Of a stretch of DNA of 64,000 nt, positions 1-14,190 are shown piece by piece. The notes under the pieces were generated by a model, which saw only the letters and a list, made by a program, of their open reading frames with translations, ran no database searches and was not told the origin of the DNA. The stretch is from contig JAYWIR010000041.1 in NCBI GenBank assembly GCA_036172245.1, forward strand, positions 1,240,001 through 1,304,000. Direction: 5' to 3'. This stretch comes from Raillietiella orientalis (Eukaryota). The position numbers and the translations under genes were made by a program. Every line of letters starts with the position of its first letter. Position 1 is the stretch's first letter.

Positions 1-376
1 AATTAACAAAATGGCGCCGCTCAGGCCGCATAAGCAAAGCTTCAGGTGTGCGCTTTGTTTTCAGGCCCCTCTCCTTTTCTGCGAACTCCATCTCGAAGAT
101 GCTGAAGCAGCAAGCAGCTTCATGTATCTTTCTTTCCTTCTCCCTTTGTAAACCACAGTGGTGGACGAAAGCACGAAGCATTACGTTGCTTGGCAATTTT
201 TTTTGTTCTGCAATGCGATCAGCCTAGTTTGAGAGGGTATTACAAAGCATTATCGCTACATTATATGTGAGGAAGGTTTTCCTCAAAGGATAAGAGATGT
301 TTGCTCTGCAATGTAACAAATAGTGCTGTGTACATTGCTGAATATTTTAGGGGCGGGGAAATGGAAAGCAAGTGCC

Positions 377-407
<31 letters not shown>

Positions 408-2149
408 GCAGGCAAACCTAACAAGATGTTTGCTCAGCAAGGACAGCAAGGCGGCAGCACTGAGAAAAGGAACTGGAAATCGACTGAGTATGCTCCAAGG
501 CAGGGCAGGGAAGGGAATTCGGGAACGACAAAACCTCTTTGTCGCTGTGGGGAGACGAAGCGGATTGGGGCTTTTTCGCTCCAGAACGGCAGGAAAGTAC
601 GAAAAGGGTAAATTTGAAAATCGCATGCTGCCACGTGATCGCCAGACGAAATTATTACAAAGGAAGTGCCCAGATGATTTATGGATGCTGACTTTCACAG
701 CCACAATGGATGCCAGGCAAAAGCCGCGCGTTCCCCAGTACGTGGTGTTCTGCCCACGTTTTTCTCTCCCCCTCCCCCAAAACTCGAACGGTTCCTCCAC
801 CTTCCTGATCGCTGCGCGCACCGCGACGCCGTGTTGTCTTTGAGCAGGTGGGTAATGGGAAATCGGGCGGACTCTGGACCGACTTGCGCTGCTCACCAGA
901 CGCACAAAAGTGGAACCTCGGACCTCCACCACTCGGGGAGTCGCAGTGGGATTTACCGTCCGTTCTCTGGGCAATTGGCCACAGCGGTGGTGGTTTCTGC
1001 CACCAGCCTTGGAACAGGGGATCTGGAGATCTGGATGCAAAAAGCGAACGAGAAGGAGGGGGGGGGGGGGACAAAAGAGATAAGAGCGACTGGTGGGACT
1101 CGGGCTGCGAAAACGGAGAGTCCCAGAAGTGAAACTCGACTCTGGGCCGAGTCCGAAATCTGCGCGGCAACGACTCGGCCCGCTCCCGCGAACTGATTCC
1201 GAAGACGGCCTGATCATCTGGGCATGGAGACTTGAAGGATCGTGGCTGCTGCCAACTGAAGTAGCGATTCCGCTGTCCCATAAATTATCTGTGCTCAGCA
1301 TCATTTTCAAGACAAACAGCAGTCCTCTAAAAAACACACAGCCACCCACGTAGACAAGCAACTGGCTGCTCTATGCCTTGCGGAAGAGCTCTTCTCTCTC
1401 GATGAGTTCCTGCATGTAGACCCGGAGGAAAAAATGGAGAACCAAGGAGATGCTTTACGTGTTTGGTGTTACTGCAAGGTGCGACTGAGGTTTCTGTTCC
1501 TTCTTTTTTTAGCCGCGAAATGCACCCGTCAGAGAACGAATGGTCCATATAGTTGATGCGGAATTCCCGAAAATCCTTCCACCTTCCCGCCCGAAAAAAA
1601 AAAAAAGGGAGGAGGGGGGTTCTATCGAGATTGCACGTTCATTGGTTAGAATTCCGCAACCTTCCACTCCATAAATATTTCACCTGGAAGATCGAAAAGA
1701 GACCATGGACTCTCCAGAAATTTGCATTGTTTCGTTACCAGAAATACTCAAGAAAAAACAAACCCTTGGCCTCTTCTTTCAAGGCGGTCCGAAGAATGAT
1801 TGACTTGCATGTCCGAGTGGGGCCGTTTCTCTATGTTGATTTATTTAGGTTCCGTGGCCAAATAGCAAAGAGGGCCATCCTAGAAGAATTCTGAAATGCT
1901 TCATCTGCTAATGAGGCTATCTTGTCAGCTATCAGTTTCCAAATTCAGGAATGACGAACATCCCCTTCATCCTGAAGCTTCTTCCGCCTCTGTTGGCGGA
2001 GAAGTTACTTACGTTGGGGTGCAGGTCACTTCACCATTCCATCAATTCCATCCGTGTTGGGAGAGGAGGCGGCGCACAAATGAACGGTGCCAAGGGCCAC
2101 ACCGGTGCTTCCCTGCGCGCCTGCTCTCCCCAGCTCGTCCTCGTGGCGA

Positions 2150-2950
2150 CGCTACGGCTCCCTCACGGACTGCGGACCGCCCGATGCTCCCGGCGTATGG
2201 TCCGGGAACGCTGGATGTCGGGGACCGCCGTTCGCTTCCCGGTGCGCTCGGCCTGCTTCTTGGGAATGTCGGATTCGCTCCACGCTTCGTGCTTCCTCGG
2301 ACCCGAAGATCCCAGGGGATGCACTCGCCCACGACCCACGCACGTGCTCGCGGTCGCGGGCAGTCCTTGGCAGGCGGAGGAACGCGGCGTCAGCTGCCGC
2401 TCGTTGGGGAGTGCAGAGGCTCCCGATGCCAGGACTGTATCTCCCGGAGCACCAGGTCCGTGTTGGGGTGCGCGCGCGGTCCGGGAATCGGTCGTAGGCT
2501 GCCGGTTGCCGATGGCTGGCCGTGGACTCGCTTGGGACGCGCTACCAGCTCATCTCCGCGAGAGTATTCGGGCGCCGAGTCGGACGTCAGGCAGCAGTTC
2601 TCCGCGTTTTCTTCTGCACGGACGGCCAGCGGCGTGTCCGTCGGGCTATGCCCCGAGGTGGATGGGTGGTGTTGAAATCTTGGTTCCATCTTCTCGGGAG
2701 TGTCCGATTCTGTGGGTTCGTCGTCGTCCGCCGGAGAGCAAGCAGCAGGCTGAGACGGTGGCGCCTGCAGCAGCGTGTGCTTCTTTGAAGGCTACGCGGA
2801 GGGCAGTCTCCTTCTGTGATGCTCCCTCTGGCGCTGTTGCTGGATGCCTCAAGAGTGACGCGGCGTCCGGTAGGTCCAGCTTGGCTGTTCCCCGGGGCAT
2901 CAGGAGTGGTTTGGTGCCGTTCCCGGAGCAGCACAGCTGACGGCTGCCAA
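2150..2950 (-). mobile_element. Ty3/Gypsy integrase C-terminal remnant
   Basis: GC-rich island. On -: LRHP...G (YHP), W..DFNTTH / HPSTSGHSP...GRP (YNxTxHxxTGxSP..LxGR), then AYDR...DLVLRE (GPY/F module). Confidence 0.55.
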
Positions 2951-3289
2951 CTCGGTGTTTCGCAGCACTCAAATCAATCATCACAAGCCGCGCATAAATT
3001 GCTCACTTCTTTCCTCTTGTTGAGGATTAAGGTGCTGATGCGAATCACCAAAGTAACTCTGAAACGAGCTGATTGGGCGGATAAGGCTCTCCAAATTCGT
3101 CCTGTCTAAAGAACCTCAATGCTGGACGAGTCTCTTTCCTCTTCATTTCTACAGAAGAAGACCTCCCTACTGTAGAATCTCCATCACTGTCTTCTACCTC
3201 GAGACATTTTGTTCCAATAATATGAACATCTCATCAAGATCCAAGAGGTCCATATGACCCGTCTCGTTCTTCTTTTTTCTTCTCCTCCT

Positions 3290-3565
3290 CCCGTTCGGAG
3301 ATGCTCAGGCACTGGGTGTGTGCTGTAGGGTTTGGCAACGAGTAGGTCCTTAGAAACAAAGCGTTTAGATGCCTCCGTGTCGAAAGTTTCCAGTCTGACT
3401 TCTGATCAAACCCGCTGGGAAATTCACGAGTGGCATTCGTGTGACACTTCGAAAGACTTATTGCTCCGGACCAGTATGATCGGTATGGATGGATAGAGCA
3501 GAGCGATAGGCTCTGATGCACACGTACTTTATGGCAGTCACCTTGGACTTCAGTGTACACACTTC
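3290..3565 (-). pseudogene. Possible C-type lectin remnant
   Basis: YTEVQGDCHKV...SYWSGA...SISER (GxCY..., YWxGA, ICER-like). Confidence 0.3.
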
Positions 3566-6112
3566 TGTAATTTTCAACATCTTTGTTTCATATTTGTTCT
3601 TCACTTCTTCTGGAGAACCGTAAGGAAGTTCAATTGTAGGGAATCGAAATTGCTAATTGGCAAATACGCAAGGTGGCTGGATCTAAAGTCTACCGTGACC
3701 TTGACCGAATAATACTGCAGTCCCATGCTGTGTATGGTGCTACAGTAATGATTATTTCCTTAGGTGCTTTGCTAATGGCTCAAACTTGTGCTATGGGTTT
3801 TCAATGACCTTATCTTTACATTTGCAGAATAGTATGAGCTAGCAGGACGCAGCTTGACCGCCTATCATGCATAAAACAGGTTCTTCCAGATGAAGCCAAA
3901 AGATTTTCAGCAGCGGTTAAGAATGATCTAGGAGATAAAGAAGAAAAATGCGAACTAGGCGTAGGCCATCCGACATTAAGAAGGTGAGTAGAGCGCCTGA
4001 AACGATGCAAACTCCATAAATTTCATTACGCATTTTCGAAGTCATGTGGAAAGTGCCGCGCTTCCAGTGGAAGTGCTCACGTAAACGATGATTTGAAGAT
4101 GATGACAGCAGTTGGAAAAGATGCAACTAAAACCGTTTACTTCTCTGAAATTCTAGATCTGAAAGCTGCTTAGTGGAAAGTGGCTGCGAACTCATCAACA
4201 AGGCAGTCGAAAGAGAAAGCTGCCATCCCTTGCTTGCCAACCTTTTTTGAAAAGTGATTTCCGTGCACTTTTCGATGCATCAACATAGGGGATGGTCCAC
4301 AATTCCCCCCCCCCACACACACACACACACAAAATTAGATTGAAATAAATGTTATGGAAGCAATCATAATGGTCTCTTGCATGAAACTGCTCGAAGCAGA
4401 TTCTGTGGGAATTGCATTCTATGCAGGGAAGGAGTGGTACATTTCCCATGTTGGCAATCCAACCTCATTCCGAGGAGACTGCGAATCACTAAATAACAAG
4501 GCAGCGATCAGAAAAAAATACAGACGAAGTAATTGTTTTAGGACGGAAGGATGAAAAATGTGGCGCTTTGCTCTTAATTCGTTGAACACTTTTGGGTGTT
4601 CATCTTAAATACCACTCGAAGCTTCTTGCTCGCTCTCATCGATGAGTTCTTGAAATTGCAGTTTAGAGAATCGAGGACGGAGGAGAAAGGGAGGGAATAC
4701 CAGGAACAAAATCAGGTCCGGCTCGGGATTCCTCGGTCGTGAATGCCTTTAGCGAACCGGAAGCCGACCAGAACGAACCCGTGAGAGTTGTTTGATGCAA
4801 AGATCTCAGCTGACATGATTAATGAACGACTTCAGGGAAGTTGTGCCGATAAAGGATTCGGTCCTGCGGTGAAGGGCTTTGTCTGGCGCTTTGACCTCCG
4901 CTATTTGCACCCGCAGCCTTTCGTTTTCGCCGTTGGGTCAGTCCCGCTTCGGCGTTGCGCGGGTCCAAAGGTTGGTGGCCTTCTGGAGACTTCCATCATG
5001 TGGGTCTGCAGCCGGTCGTTTGGAAGGAATCCTAACGGAGCGTCCAATAGATGATGCGGCTGCGTTCGATCTCTGTTTTGTCGTGGATGGTTGCGTTTTC
5101 TTGAATGTTCGGGACGAGGAATACGCAGTCGATGGGAAAAATAAACTGCCCAGCAGAAGCCGAAAAGGGGAACAGGAAAAGGCAGAGAGGTGTTTGCAAG
5201 CTCATCTCCATGGTTTGAAACCTGGGACTTGATGAGTCATCTAGTAGGAAACGAATCAAGGTTTCAGAGCACCACACTGGGTGAATTGAAGGAGAAGGAA
5301 CTTTTCAGCTTCATTCGAAGAACCAGAAAACACCAGCATAGAATTAAAGTCACCACCCAGAGCGCCCTAGGAAACACTCCAGCAACTGCCCTTATATTAA
5401 CGCTTTCAGTGCTATGGACTCTCATATGAGTCTGGAGAATGTTTTCACATCGTACGCGCGACAGAAGTTGGCACTATCCATGTTCGAGATGGGCACATAC
5501 AATTACGTTCTTATAATTGGCAACCTTAGCAACGGCAGTAAACAAAATTCTATTTATATCGGCTAACGATTCTTGGTTTTTCAGAGAGCCATCCCTCTGA
5601 AAAACCGAGAATAGCATAATATTATGGTTGTGTCCTTTATAATTTGTTGTATTGTGCCACACCCAGGTGATTTTATTGGAGTTATAATTGTAATTTTTAA
5701 ACAAATAATGCATGTTTGGGAAAAATGAAAATATCTTATTTAATGTGCTGTAAATAAACAATTACAATAATAACTGTGATCAGCACTTTATGTAAAGTCA
5801 ATCGGTGGCACCTCTGATAGAGCACGCGGTACGCGAAAAAGCGTTCCGTCCACGGAAGTCGCCACTGCGACTCGCGTGCCGTCCACGCAGAACGTGTGGA
5901 TCTGACCAGTCCCTCACCCAAAGGGTTAAGAAGCATTTTTGTGATCTACTTGTTTCTACGGAAGAAAACCAACAGCAAATGTCGGAGATTCCTTTTTCAC
6001 AACCGGGGGGGGGGGAACCCCGAAGGGGACTCCTAGAAGGACCCGGGAGGTCCACCTTCCAATCCCGGTCAGTCAACGGTAGCATCCGGTTTCCGCTCGT
6101 TCTCGGCGTCGA

Positions 6113-6190
6113 TGCTCCACGTGGGGATTGGAACCCGCAACGCTTGGTTTTACGTACAGAGACAGCAGCTGCACGGCCGCCAATGCGGAC
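6113..6190 (-). tRNA. tRNA-derived pseudogene or SINE head (3' half resembles tRNA-Ile(TAT))
   Basis: Plus strand tgctccacgtggggattggaacccgcaacg is the reverse complement of a T-arm/B-box (GGGTTCCAATCCC) plus acceptor end ...TGGAGCA. The 5' half is too decayed to form a cloverleaf. Confidence 0.45.
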
Positions 6191-6639
6191 CTAAAGATGC
6201 TATCATGATCATGAGCCTTTACGAGGTTATCTCTGTGGAATTTCACCATTACTCCCAAACGTCGAATTTTCAAGTCAAAAATCAAATTAATTCGAGCAGA
6301 TTCTTCAGATCCGTTTAGTGAAATCGAAGGAGTTTCAACGATTAGCCCGAGAGCTGACTTGGGATCGGAGAGAGGGTAGTATCTAAAGATGTGCGCAGTG
6401 TGCATTTGAAAGACCAATGCCCGACATCTTGTTTTCAAATAACAAGAGCCAAGAAAGGGTCGTGCTGTTCTTCCCTATTTCTTTGCAGTATCGAATTATG
6501 CACCTACCATTCCATCAAAGCACAGTGTGGTAGTAGCCATGACATCCATTCATCATTATCACTGCCATCCCTGAAATGCGCTGTTCTTTCTTCACTTAGT
6601 TAGCTTCCAAACTGTCACCTGCTGCAATCATTGCATCGG

Positions 6640-6830
6640 CGAAAATTCTTTTGCAGATTCACAGGACTGGATATTCCACTCATGACCACAGAGGGATGCC
6701 TTCCGCATCTGGCAAGGGAAGTGGTTGAGGAATCGTTGGCCAGGCAGATAAACCAGCTGTAAAGCTGGTGGAATGACTTGCAGGAGTTCGTTCATGCACT
6801 TTGCATTTGGCTCAGAGGATCCTTTGTTAA
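6640..6830 (-). mobile_element. Possible MULE transposase C-terminal remnant
   Basis: TNSCKSFHQ...RHPSV resembles MULE TNNxCESFH...HPxI. Confidence 0.3.
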
Positions 6831-6919
6831 CGTAGCGGATGTCAGGTCGGCAAAATTCTCCTCCAATTTCTTTTTTTCTTCTGAAAGTTTGTAGCAAGGA
6901 ACGAAACAGATCGGGGGAG

Positions 6920-7270
6920 AGCTATCGATGAGATGCAGTACCCGTAACATGATTTCCATTGGACTTTGTAAGAGCGTTCTCACAAGTAACCACTGATGCA
7001 GCGTTTGCCTGTTTGTTTGTTTGCTTGGCAAGTCCCAAAATGGCATTTCACTCGAATCTTCCACCTACTTCCGGAAAGATCGACTTCAGAGTGTGCTTTC
7101 AAAGAGAAAAATTGGAGAAAGTTTTTTTCAAGATGCTTTTTCAAGAGTTGAAGGAAGGGTGAGATTCCTGTGTCTGTTCTTGCATGCTGTTCAAGGTCTT
7201 TGCGCTTTCTGAAAGGAAGACGCGAGACCTTCTCTTCTTGGACCACTCGAAACGTTTTCTGGGATGCCTC
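6920..7270 (-). pseudogene. C-type lectin domain remnant
   Basis: KTFRVVQEEKVS...HARTDT, GSRW/EDSSEMPFW, KRCIS...YKVQWKSCY. Confidence 0.4.
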
Positions 7271-8599
7271 ATCCTCTTCCGCTCCCTTCAAGAAGAATAT
7301 TCGCCAATTCTTTCCCCGCGGGATGTCTCGTGTGTAGATTTCATTAGCTCAACCGAGCTTCCTGCCTTAGCTCACTGCTGAGTGGGAAGAAATCATTCTT
7401 TTTGGAATCTGAAGGAGCTTTTCATTCTTTGCGACAGTTCTGTTGCTTACTTCCCATTCTGGAACACTTAAAGAGAAAAAAAAAAAAAACGTGATTGCAG
7501 ACATCTCTTCAATCCGCGTTTGGAAACTGGAACCCTTATCGACATGGGTATTTCTTGGATTGATTGACGTTTAGGAGTACTTCTGTTCCCACATAGCAGA
7601 CTTCATGCTGTATTTTTGTACGTGTAACCTTTTTCGTTTCATCCTATGCGTCACCAAGGCGATAACTTCAATTCGGATGCTGAAGATGAATTCCTTCTGC
7701 TGTTCATTATTCGCTTCTGTTGGAATGGACTCCCGAGTACTGAGCCTATTGAAAGGGTGGATAGTGATGGGCCCGATGACATTTTCTGTTAACGAAAGGA
7801 GTACTTTCTATTAGAGGCAAGTGGTACATCCTGGCTGTACTCGCAGTTGGGTTGAACTGGTATTTCTTTTCATGATCACCCAGTCTTTCCTTTCAGGCTG
7901 GTTCCACCTGGCGTTAAGCACGCATGATTTAAAACAGAAACTTCCACTTCAAGCAACTGGCAAGATCATTTTTGGTATTCGGGGGTTACTATAAAACGCA
8001 GAAGAGCTGTGGCCAGAGGTACTGTGGACCCCACTTCAGATCTACTTCTGAAATTCCTCACAAAAATTTCAGCCTTTTCACTATTCGAAAAAGTTCATTT
8101 TTTGGTACTAGTCATACATCTACTTGCTTTTACATATTCTTATCTAAAGGATCGTTTCTCTCTGAAATGTCTAAATCTCGCTCTTTATAAACCTTCCAAA
8201 TTTTTCAATAACATTACAGAGAGAAGTAGAAATAACATGTCAAAATTCAGTTCAAAAATGATGAAATGCTTTCTTTTTTTTTTTTAAAAAAAAAAAGTTG
8301 CGAACTGTGCGGTTTGTTTGGACTTGGAATTTTTTTTTGCAAACCAGTCAGCAACTAAAAATTGGGATTTTTCGTCTGATGGTAGGAAATTTCCGATTTG
8401 TCCAAATGGAAACTGAGGTGTTCGCTGGAAACGAGCAATTTCCTGGTGATTTTGCTCCATGCAGCTCACGGTGAATGCTCGCTGCTTGTACCTTTGATAA
8501 ATAACGACCGCAAGTATTTCTCCATGTTCTTTAAGAGTAAGCAACCTTAGTCAATAGCAAAGATTTCATGAGACAAACAAAGATGGACGAGGGAATCCA

Positions 8600-9250
8600 T
8601 CCACGTTTATTAGACTTTCATTTATCGCGAAGAATCGCCGTTGAGAGAGTTATGTCAGTCATGTGCATGAAGGTGAAAATGAAAGTCAACTTGCAAGAAA
8701 TATGCACAATGAAGTCGCCTCGGCAGAAACTGGATTGGGTCGAGCAGATATCAGTTACCAACGAGTACGCAACACTTGGTCTTTTTTCTTGGAAGTATCA
8801 GCATTGCCTGATATGAGCACGCGTGATGTCAATCGTAGATACTGATGGTGATGAAATTATAAATTTCAAGCGTCGCGGAGTCCTCAAGTTCAGTCAAGAT
8901 GAAAACAAGATGCAGCTTTGTGCTTCCCTCCGGTCTTCTTGAAACGAATCTCACCCAAAGCTTGTGGGGATCCGTTACCGAGGACAAGGAGAGCAAGTTC
9001 TTGTGCGGTGTTTTCATCTGGAAATCCGAGTGATGTTTCCTCGGTTGCGATGCAACCCGGAGAACAGCTGCCGTTTATTAAGATGAACGATAAGTATCCT
9101 CACAAGGGATGGGGATGAAAGCTGACTGATGCAACTGGGCTGCTCGCTCAGAGGCTGCTTGCTATGCAACTGACGGGAAAGAAGAAATTCCGACCATGTG
9201 CAAGCAAGCGAAGAAGAAGCTCAAGGAAGAAAAGCGCAAGAACGAGGTAT
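8600..9250 (+). mobile_element. Possible Academ-like (XPG/FEN1-type nuclease) remnant
   Basis: IVDTD, CASL, YRGQGE (FxGKGK) and PHKGWG occur in the expected order. Very eroded. Confidence 0.3.
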
Positions 9251-12200
9251 ATCGATATCCAGAAATCTTGGCACGCTGTAGAGAACGGCGCATTTCCCAA
9301 GCAGCAGCACGACGGAGATCAATGGTGTCAATCGTGCTACCACAAAGAGACTGCTTCAGTTGTCCTCTTCTCGGGATGGTAGCTGGAGCTCCGCTCTTCT
9401 GATGGGGCCGGCTGGCAGGATATGCTCGGTTCGGAGGTGACCCCTTCCTGTGCTTCCGGTGGATGCCTATTGAGAGCTGTATGGCGCCGTAGATCTCCTT
9501 GCCGAGGTCCTCTGTTGCCTCCTTCTTCGGGATCCACGGCGCCCCGATAACCCCGTCGTCGTCTCATGATGCTGCCCCTCGACTCTTTCTGAGGCAGAGT
9601 GGAGGGCCCCAAGTGGAAGAGCAGAGGCGTACTTAATGGGGATCAGATAGCTGACTCTTGCGTTTGGTCAGTACCGGATGACTTCTGAGATAATGCGAGT
9701 ACGAATTACAGTCTTAGTAACTTTAAGAGTGATGGCAAACCGATAAGGTAAGCGAGCCACTGGAATCCTTGCGAACGAACAAGCGGATTGAAGCAGAGTT
9801 GCGATTGTAAATGATTAAGATTCCTCTCCAACTCATAAAATGACTTGGTGGAACAACTGTTCGAAGATTTATCACGCCACCGCGGACATGCCTGCGGTGA
9901 CGTCCACGAGCTTTGTGTCGAAGAAACTTGAAAGTTTACTCTACGGGAAAATCCATTTGAATCTAGAAGGCTCTGTGGCAAGGAAGGTGCGTAAGTTTTC
10001 TGCAGCGGACAGGATAACGGATCTCTCTGCTAATAAGGCGTGATTTCTATTTTCGGAGCAGATTTGCTCGATCAGGAGAGGACCGCATCTGGGAGACAGG
10101 CATTGTGGGCGGGCCATACGAAAGATGGAAGCGGGATGCACAGCAAGAAAAATCGTGTGCTTCAAAGAACCGAGACAATTTATTTGAAATGCCATTTTAT
10201 CAGGGTGATTAAATAAAATGCAAAACAAAACAGGAGGGGATGCGAAACTCATTTCATAAAGTTGCCTCGCAAGAACGCATAAATCCCTCCAGATGTGCAG
10301 ATTTCGGTCGTGAAACCGGCATCAAGGAAACCAGCAGACAGTCAGAAATGGGCTCCAGAGGTACGAAAGTCGAAGTTCTGCGCGCAGTTCGTGATGACTT
10401 AATCTCACGCCGTTTCATGCATCTATAAACGGGAATAAAGAATCTCCTTGATATCTTTTTCCGCTCCGTTTTGAAGCGTTTCCACCTGCACTCATTCATG
10501 GCTGAATTGCTGAACACCTTAGAGAGGGTGCCATGGATTATGGAGCCATCCAAATCATCATAACGTGAGATTTACTCTCCCTGGTTGCATCTCGTTTTCG
10601 ACGCACAGATTCTATTTGGCGATTGCAATAAAAATTGCCAAGCAAAATCTCTTTCTCAGAAGACCAGAAGAAAAATGTAACGACAGCATCAGCAGCAACA
10701 ACAGCAAAAAGGCAATGCAAGAATTAAAATGGACGCATGAATTAGGATTAGGTGTCTTCTGAAGACATTAATGTTTAGGAAAAGCGCAAAAGTCTGGGAT
10801 CGGTGGATCTTATTTAATCTGCGAGGAGAATGGAATTTCATACATGCTGCCTAAGGTCATAAGTGTATTGCCGTGCAGCAGCGAACCTCGTATGACTTTC
10901 TTTCGCTGTTTGGTCTCTCTGTTACTCCGGGAAAAAAATTCCGCAAAATCTGCTTCCAGAGACTCCGAGTCGATTTCCAGAAGGAAACGAAGATAGTGTC
11001 TCCAAGAGCAACTTCCTTTAAGAACACCCACGCTGTGATTCTGCGAGGGTGATTGCCATGGGCACAAAATGCGCCGTTTCGTTATTTGAGCCCGCTCTTT
11101 CTTCGCTTCGATTCCCTCCGAGTTGGATTTCTTGTTTTGACTCGCTTCCTTCTGGTTCAGTGATCGGCCAGCACTCCGTCAGCGCGGGAAACCCTCAGGC
11201 AGCTTTCAGCCCCCCCTATCCTCCCCCCGCCTTCGAAAATGCTTCGGAGATAAGTTGATGATGATGTCTTCGCGAAAGAGATGGTGCCATCCATCGCCGC
11301 ATCCGAGCTTTCTCCCGTGGTTCCCATCAAGCATTTCCCATCAGATGGCAAAGTCATCCAAGTAGCGGGCACGCCGCGAGCGAGCTGCGTCTCGGCACAC
11401 GCCGTGAACGGACGCACCAAGGGAGAACCCCTAATTTCCGAGAAACATCGACACGTTGCTGCCCGTTCTCCTCGCGCGCACTTTGAGACAGGTCCGATGA
11501 AACACGCGACCTGCAGGTTTCCCTTTCCTTCTTTTCCTTTCCACGGCTCGGAATTTCCAGAATTTCTTGCCTGTTCCAAGGAGGCAACGCGAAGAGCCTT
11601 CTTCTTCGCCCGATGCGCTAAGCCAGAAGGCCAAGAAGCGATGAAATGCCATGAGACAAAAGCGAGGGATCGCTTGCTTTTGGTAGCCGGTCGTCGAATC
11701 CCACTGTGATCCCCAGTTCGACCTGATCCTGGGCGTCGGCTCGGCTCCAAACAGCCCCCGTTCCTTAAGACACGGCGAATTCATGTGAAGTGCAACCTAG
11801 TGAACAGGGTGTTTTTTTTTTTGTTTTCCTCCTGCGAGCTCCCACGTGGACCTGTGGCAGCTAATGCGGAGCGCGGTTCCTCGTTTCCCACTGCTGAGCG
11901 CTCCAGGGCTCATTGCTGCATCCATCTAGTCTGGTCCAGCGAACCGAATCCGGCGACCGGTCGTTTCTGTCTGCGCAACTTGAACGCAAGTCACGAGGTG
12001 CCTTGCAGAAGAAGAAGCATCCTTGGGAGAAAATCAAAAGACGAAGCGAAAAGGAGGAGCACTCAAAGCGCAGCAATTTTTTAAAGGAGAAATAGAGTCA
12101 CGTCTTCGGCTAGCAGGATTCTCCAGCTCCTTCTGGGAGCAAAGCACAACGTGAGGAGCAAAGTATTTCTTCTCCCATGCTATTAGAAATTCCACATCCA

Positions 12201-12976
12201 TTATTCTTCACGAGTCCGGTGCCATAACGTCAGCTCTTTAGTCATAATGCTTTCGCAAATGCCCCCTGCAAAAAATCGGGCATATCGAAGAGCGGAATCT
12301 AAAAAGCACGGGCAAAAAAGACGTAAGAATAACGAAGGGCAAGTTTCCACTGCTGAGTCTTCATCCTGAGTTGAATGCGCACGAACGAGCCGTTCTAAGA
12401 ATCATTTGAGTTACCTCGAAAGCAGTATGAGACTTTCTCTTCCCGACTGTGTGATTCCAGATGATTTTTCGAAGCGGGAGCCTTCTTCTTGCTTGCAGCG
12501 TGAATCCGTCGAATTTCTCGTAAATCACCAACCGGAATGTTTTCGTCCAGCTGATGATATCATCAGGGCAGATAAGAAATGACAGTTGAGTTTGCGAATC
12601 CTTTTGCCCTTTGTTTCTTCGGCATGATCATGAGATTCGTTTCTCATTCATTTTTCGTTTTACGTCCGCAGCTAATTGCCCCTTAGCCATCCGCTTTTGT
12701 TGGTTCCAGTGATAGAAGAAGCCTCCTTACAAAATTCTGTGATCCTACAGGCTTCTGTTTTTTGGTCCTGAGATAACTTCGCAGTTTATCGGCAGTATCA
12801 TGCCTCCTCTTCATCACGAAGCAAAAAACCCGGTTTGCTTCATGGCACTGATTTTATTTTCAACACCGTGCACCTGACGTCAGCAAAAGAAAGGTTTGCG
12901 TTCTTCCTGCTCGGTTTCTCTTGGCCTCAAACTGAAGGTTGCCTCTTTAGCGCAACAGGATTAACAGAAAGTGTTA

Positions 12977-14190
12977 GATTCTCACCCTGGTGCGCCGGGG
13001 CGTTTGTTCTCTCGAATAAAACATTTTACAGAATCTGTGGCTGGCCCAGTGGTTCAGCCACGCGCTAGATCATTGAAGCTTGCAGGAACACCGGTTCACA
13101 GACCGGTGCGGTCCACCTCGGCAGCAGAGGGGAGGGGGCATAAACAAAAAGAAAAATGAAAATGAAAAATAAATAACAAAACTGGGGAGGGCGCGGGAAG
13201 GGATCACAGTCTACTGGGAGCTTCCGTTACATCCTCTGGAGGATGCCGGCAAGCTCTTCCTGAACATTGCATTCCAGGTTGAACCAGCGCGTTGCCATCC
13301 TCAGGAAGTGGATGGCGTGTTCGCTGGCATCCCCATCGCTGGGTCCTCCTGTCGCGTTGCTCCATGCCGTGACAATCCCGCGTAGGCAGCACAAGGCTGC
13401 TAGCGAGGCCGCTGGTGGGAGAGCGTCTCGAACGAAGAGGGGTCTTATTGCGTCCCTGGGGTTGGCACAGGGGATACCTTGGATCGCAGCAAAGAGTTCC
13501 CATAGGGACCGGAGGGCAACACAATCCACTAATAGGAGGGGGAGGGACTCCCGCTGTCCACACCTGACGCAATTGGGGTCGACACCCCTCTGAGTCCAGT
13601 GGTGACGGCGGGCGTTGCACGGGAGACCCCAGTGCAGCAGCAGCAACGCCGATTCCTGCCACTTCAAAGGGAGGGGGCGGGTGTTCAAGAGCACTGGGGG
13701 CCACTTCAGATGCTCCGGCGGAACATCCAGCAGCTCGCCTCAACGCAAAAGTCCATGAGGGGTTGCACTCGGGGTCGCAGAGTCGGTTAGCTAGCCCGTC
13801 TTCCATTCCCCTATAGTCTTCTCCCTTCCAGAGATTTTTGCTCTCACCTCCCAAGCCACCGCAACGCCGCTGCCTAGATGTTCCCTGAGGATGGGCAGTG
13901 CTACGGCTAGGGAGGTTCTTCGTGCCCACGCGCTTTTTCCGGGATCCTGCAGATCTCCCGGAGCGTACGCAAAGCGTCTCTCCTGTTCCGCGTGTTGGTC
14001 GTGGCTCCTCGCCCACGTGCGAACAGTTTCCTGCATCCAGGCACTACCATTCGCAGGGTGGGAGGAGGTTCATCCCGAGTTCTTTCTCGTCACGTTGGCC
14101 ACCCTCCGAAGCTACATTCCGCAGTGGGCGATGTGGCAGCGATGGAGTGCAAAGAAGGCCGCAAGTCCTGCGTTGCAAAGAAAGTGTTAG
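12977..14190 (-). mobile_element. L1/Tx1-clade LINE, 3' portion (ORF2 C-terminus with zf-RVT-type CCHC region, plus 3' UTR)
   Basis: ORF 13227-13694(-) has HWGLPCNARRHHWTQRGVDPNCVRCGQRESLPLLLVDCVALRSLW, the C-x2-C...ES..(H)L..C pattern of the L1 ORF2 end. The stop at 13227 is followed by a 3' UTR also found at 18923-19108 and, on the other strand, at 29115-29177. Confidence 0.8.

Noticed and set aside
8..20. caaaatggcg YY1-like motif, and CRE-like tgacgtca sites (12875, 22880, 31275)
   Set aside because: Short motifs with no associated gene, so a promoter cannot be supported.
261..1361. 366-aa ORF on - (and overlapping ORFs)
   Set aside because: Runs through poly(T) and poly(G) tracts and has no convincing domain. 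A faint LINE-endonuclease-like HGVAV motif was too weak to call.
1951..2940. 329-aa ORF on +
   Set aside because: Better explained as the GC-rich antisense frame of the Gypsy integrase remnant.
5470..5790. AT-rich island as a possible mitochondrial insertion
   Set aside because: No recognisable mitochondrial gene, rRNA or tRNA sequence.
11290..11450. RYLDDFAI on - suggesting an RT active site
   Set aside because: Single motif with wrong spacing to upstream RT motifs.
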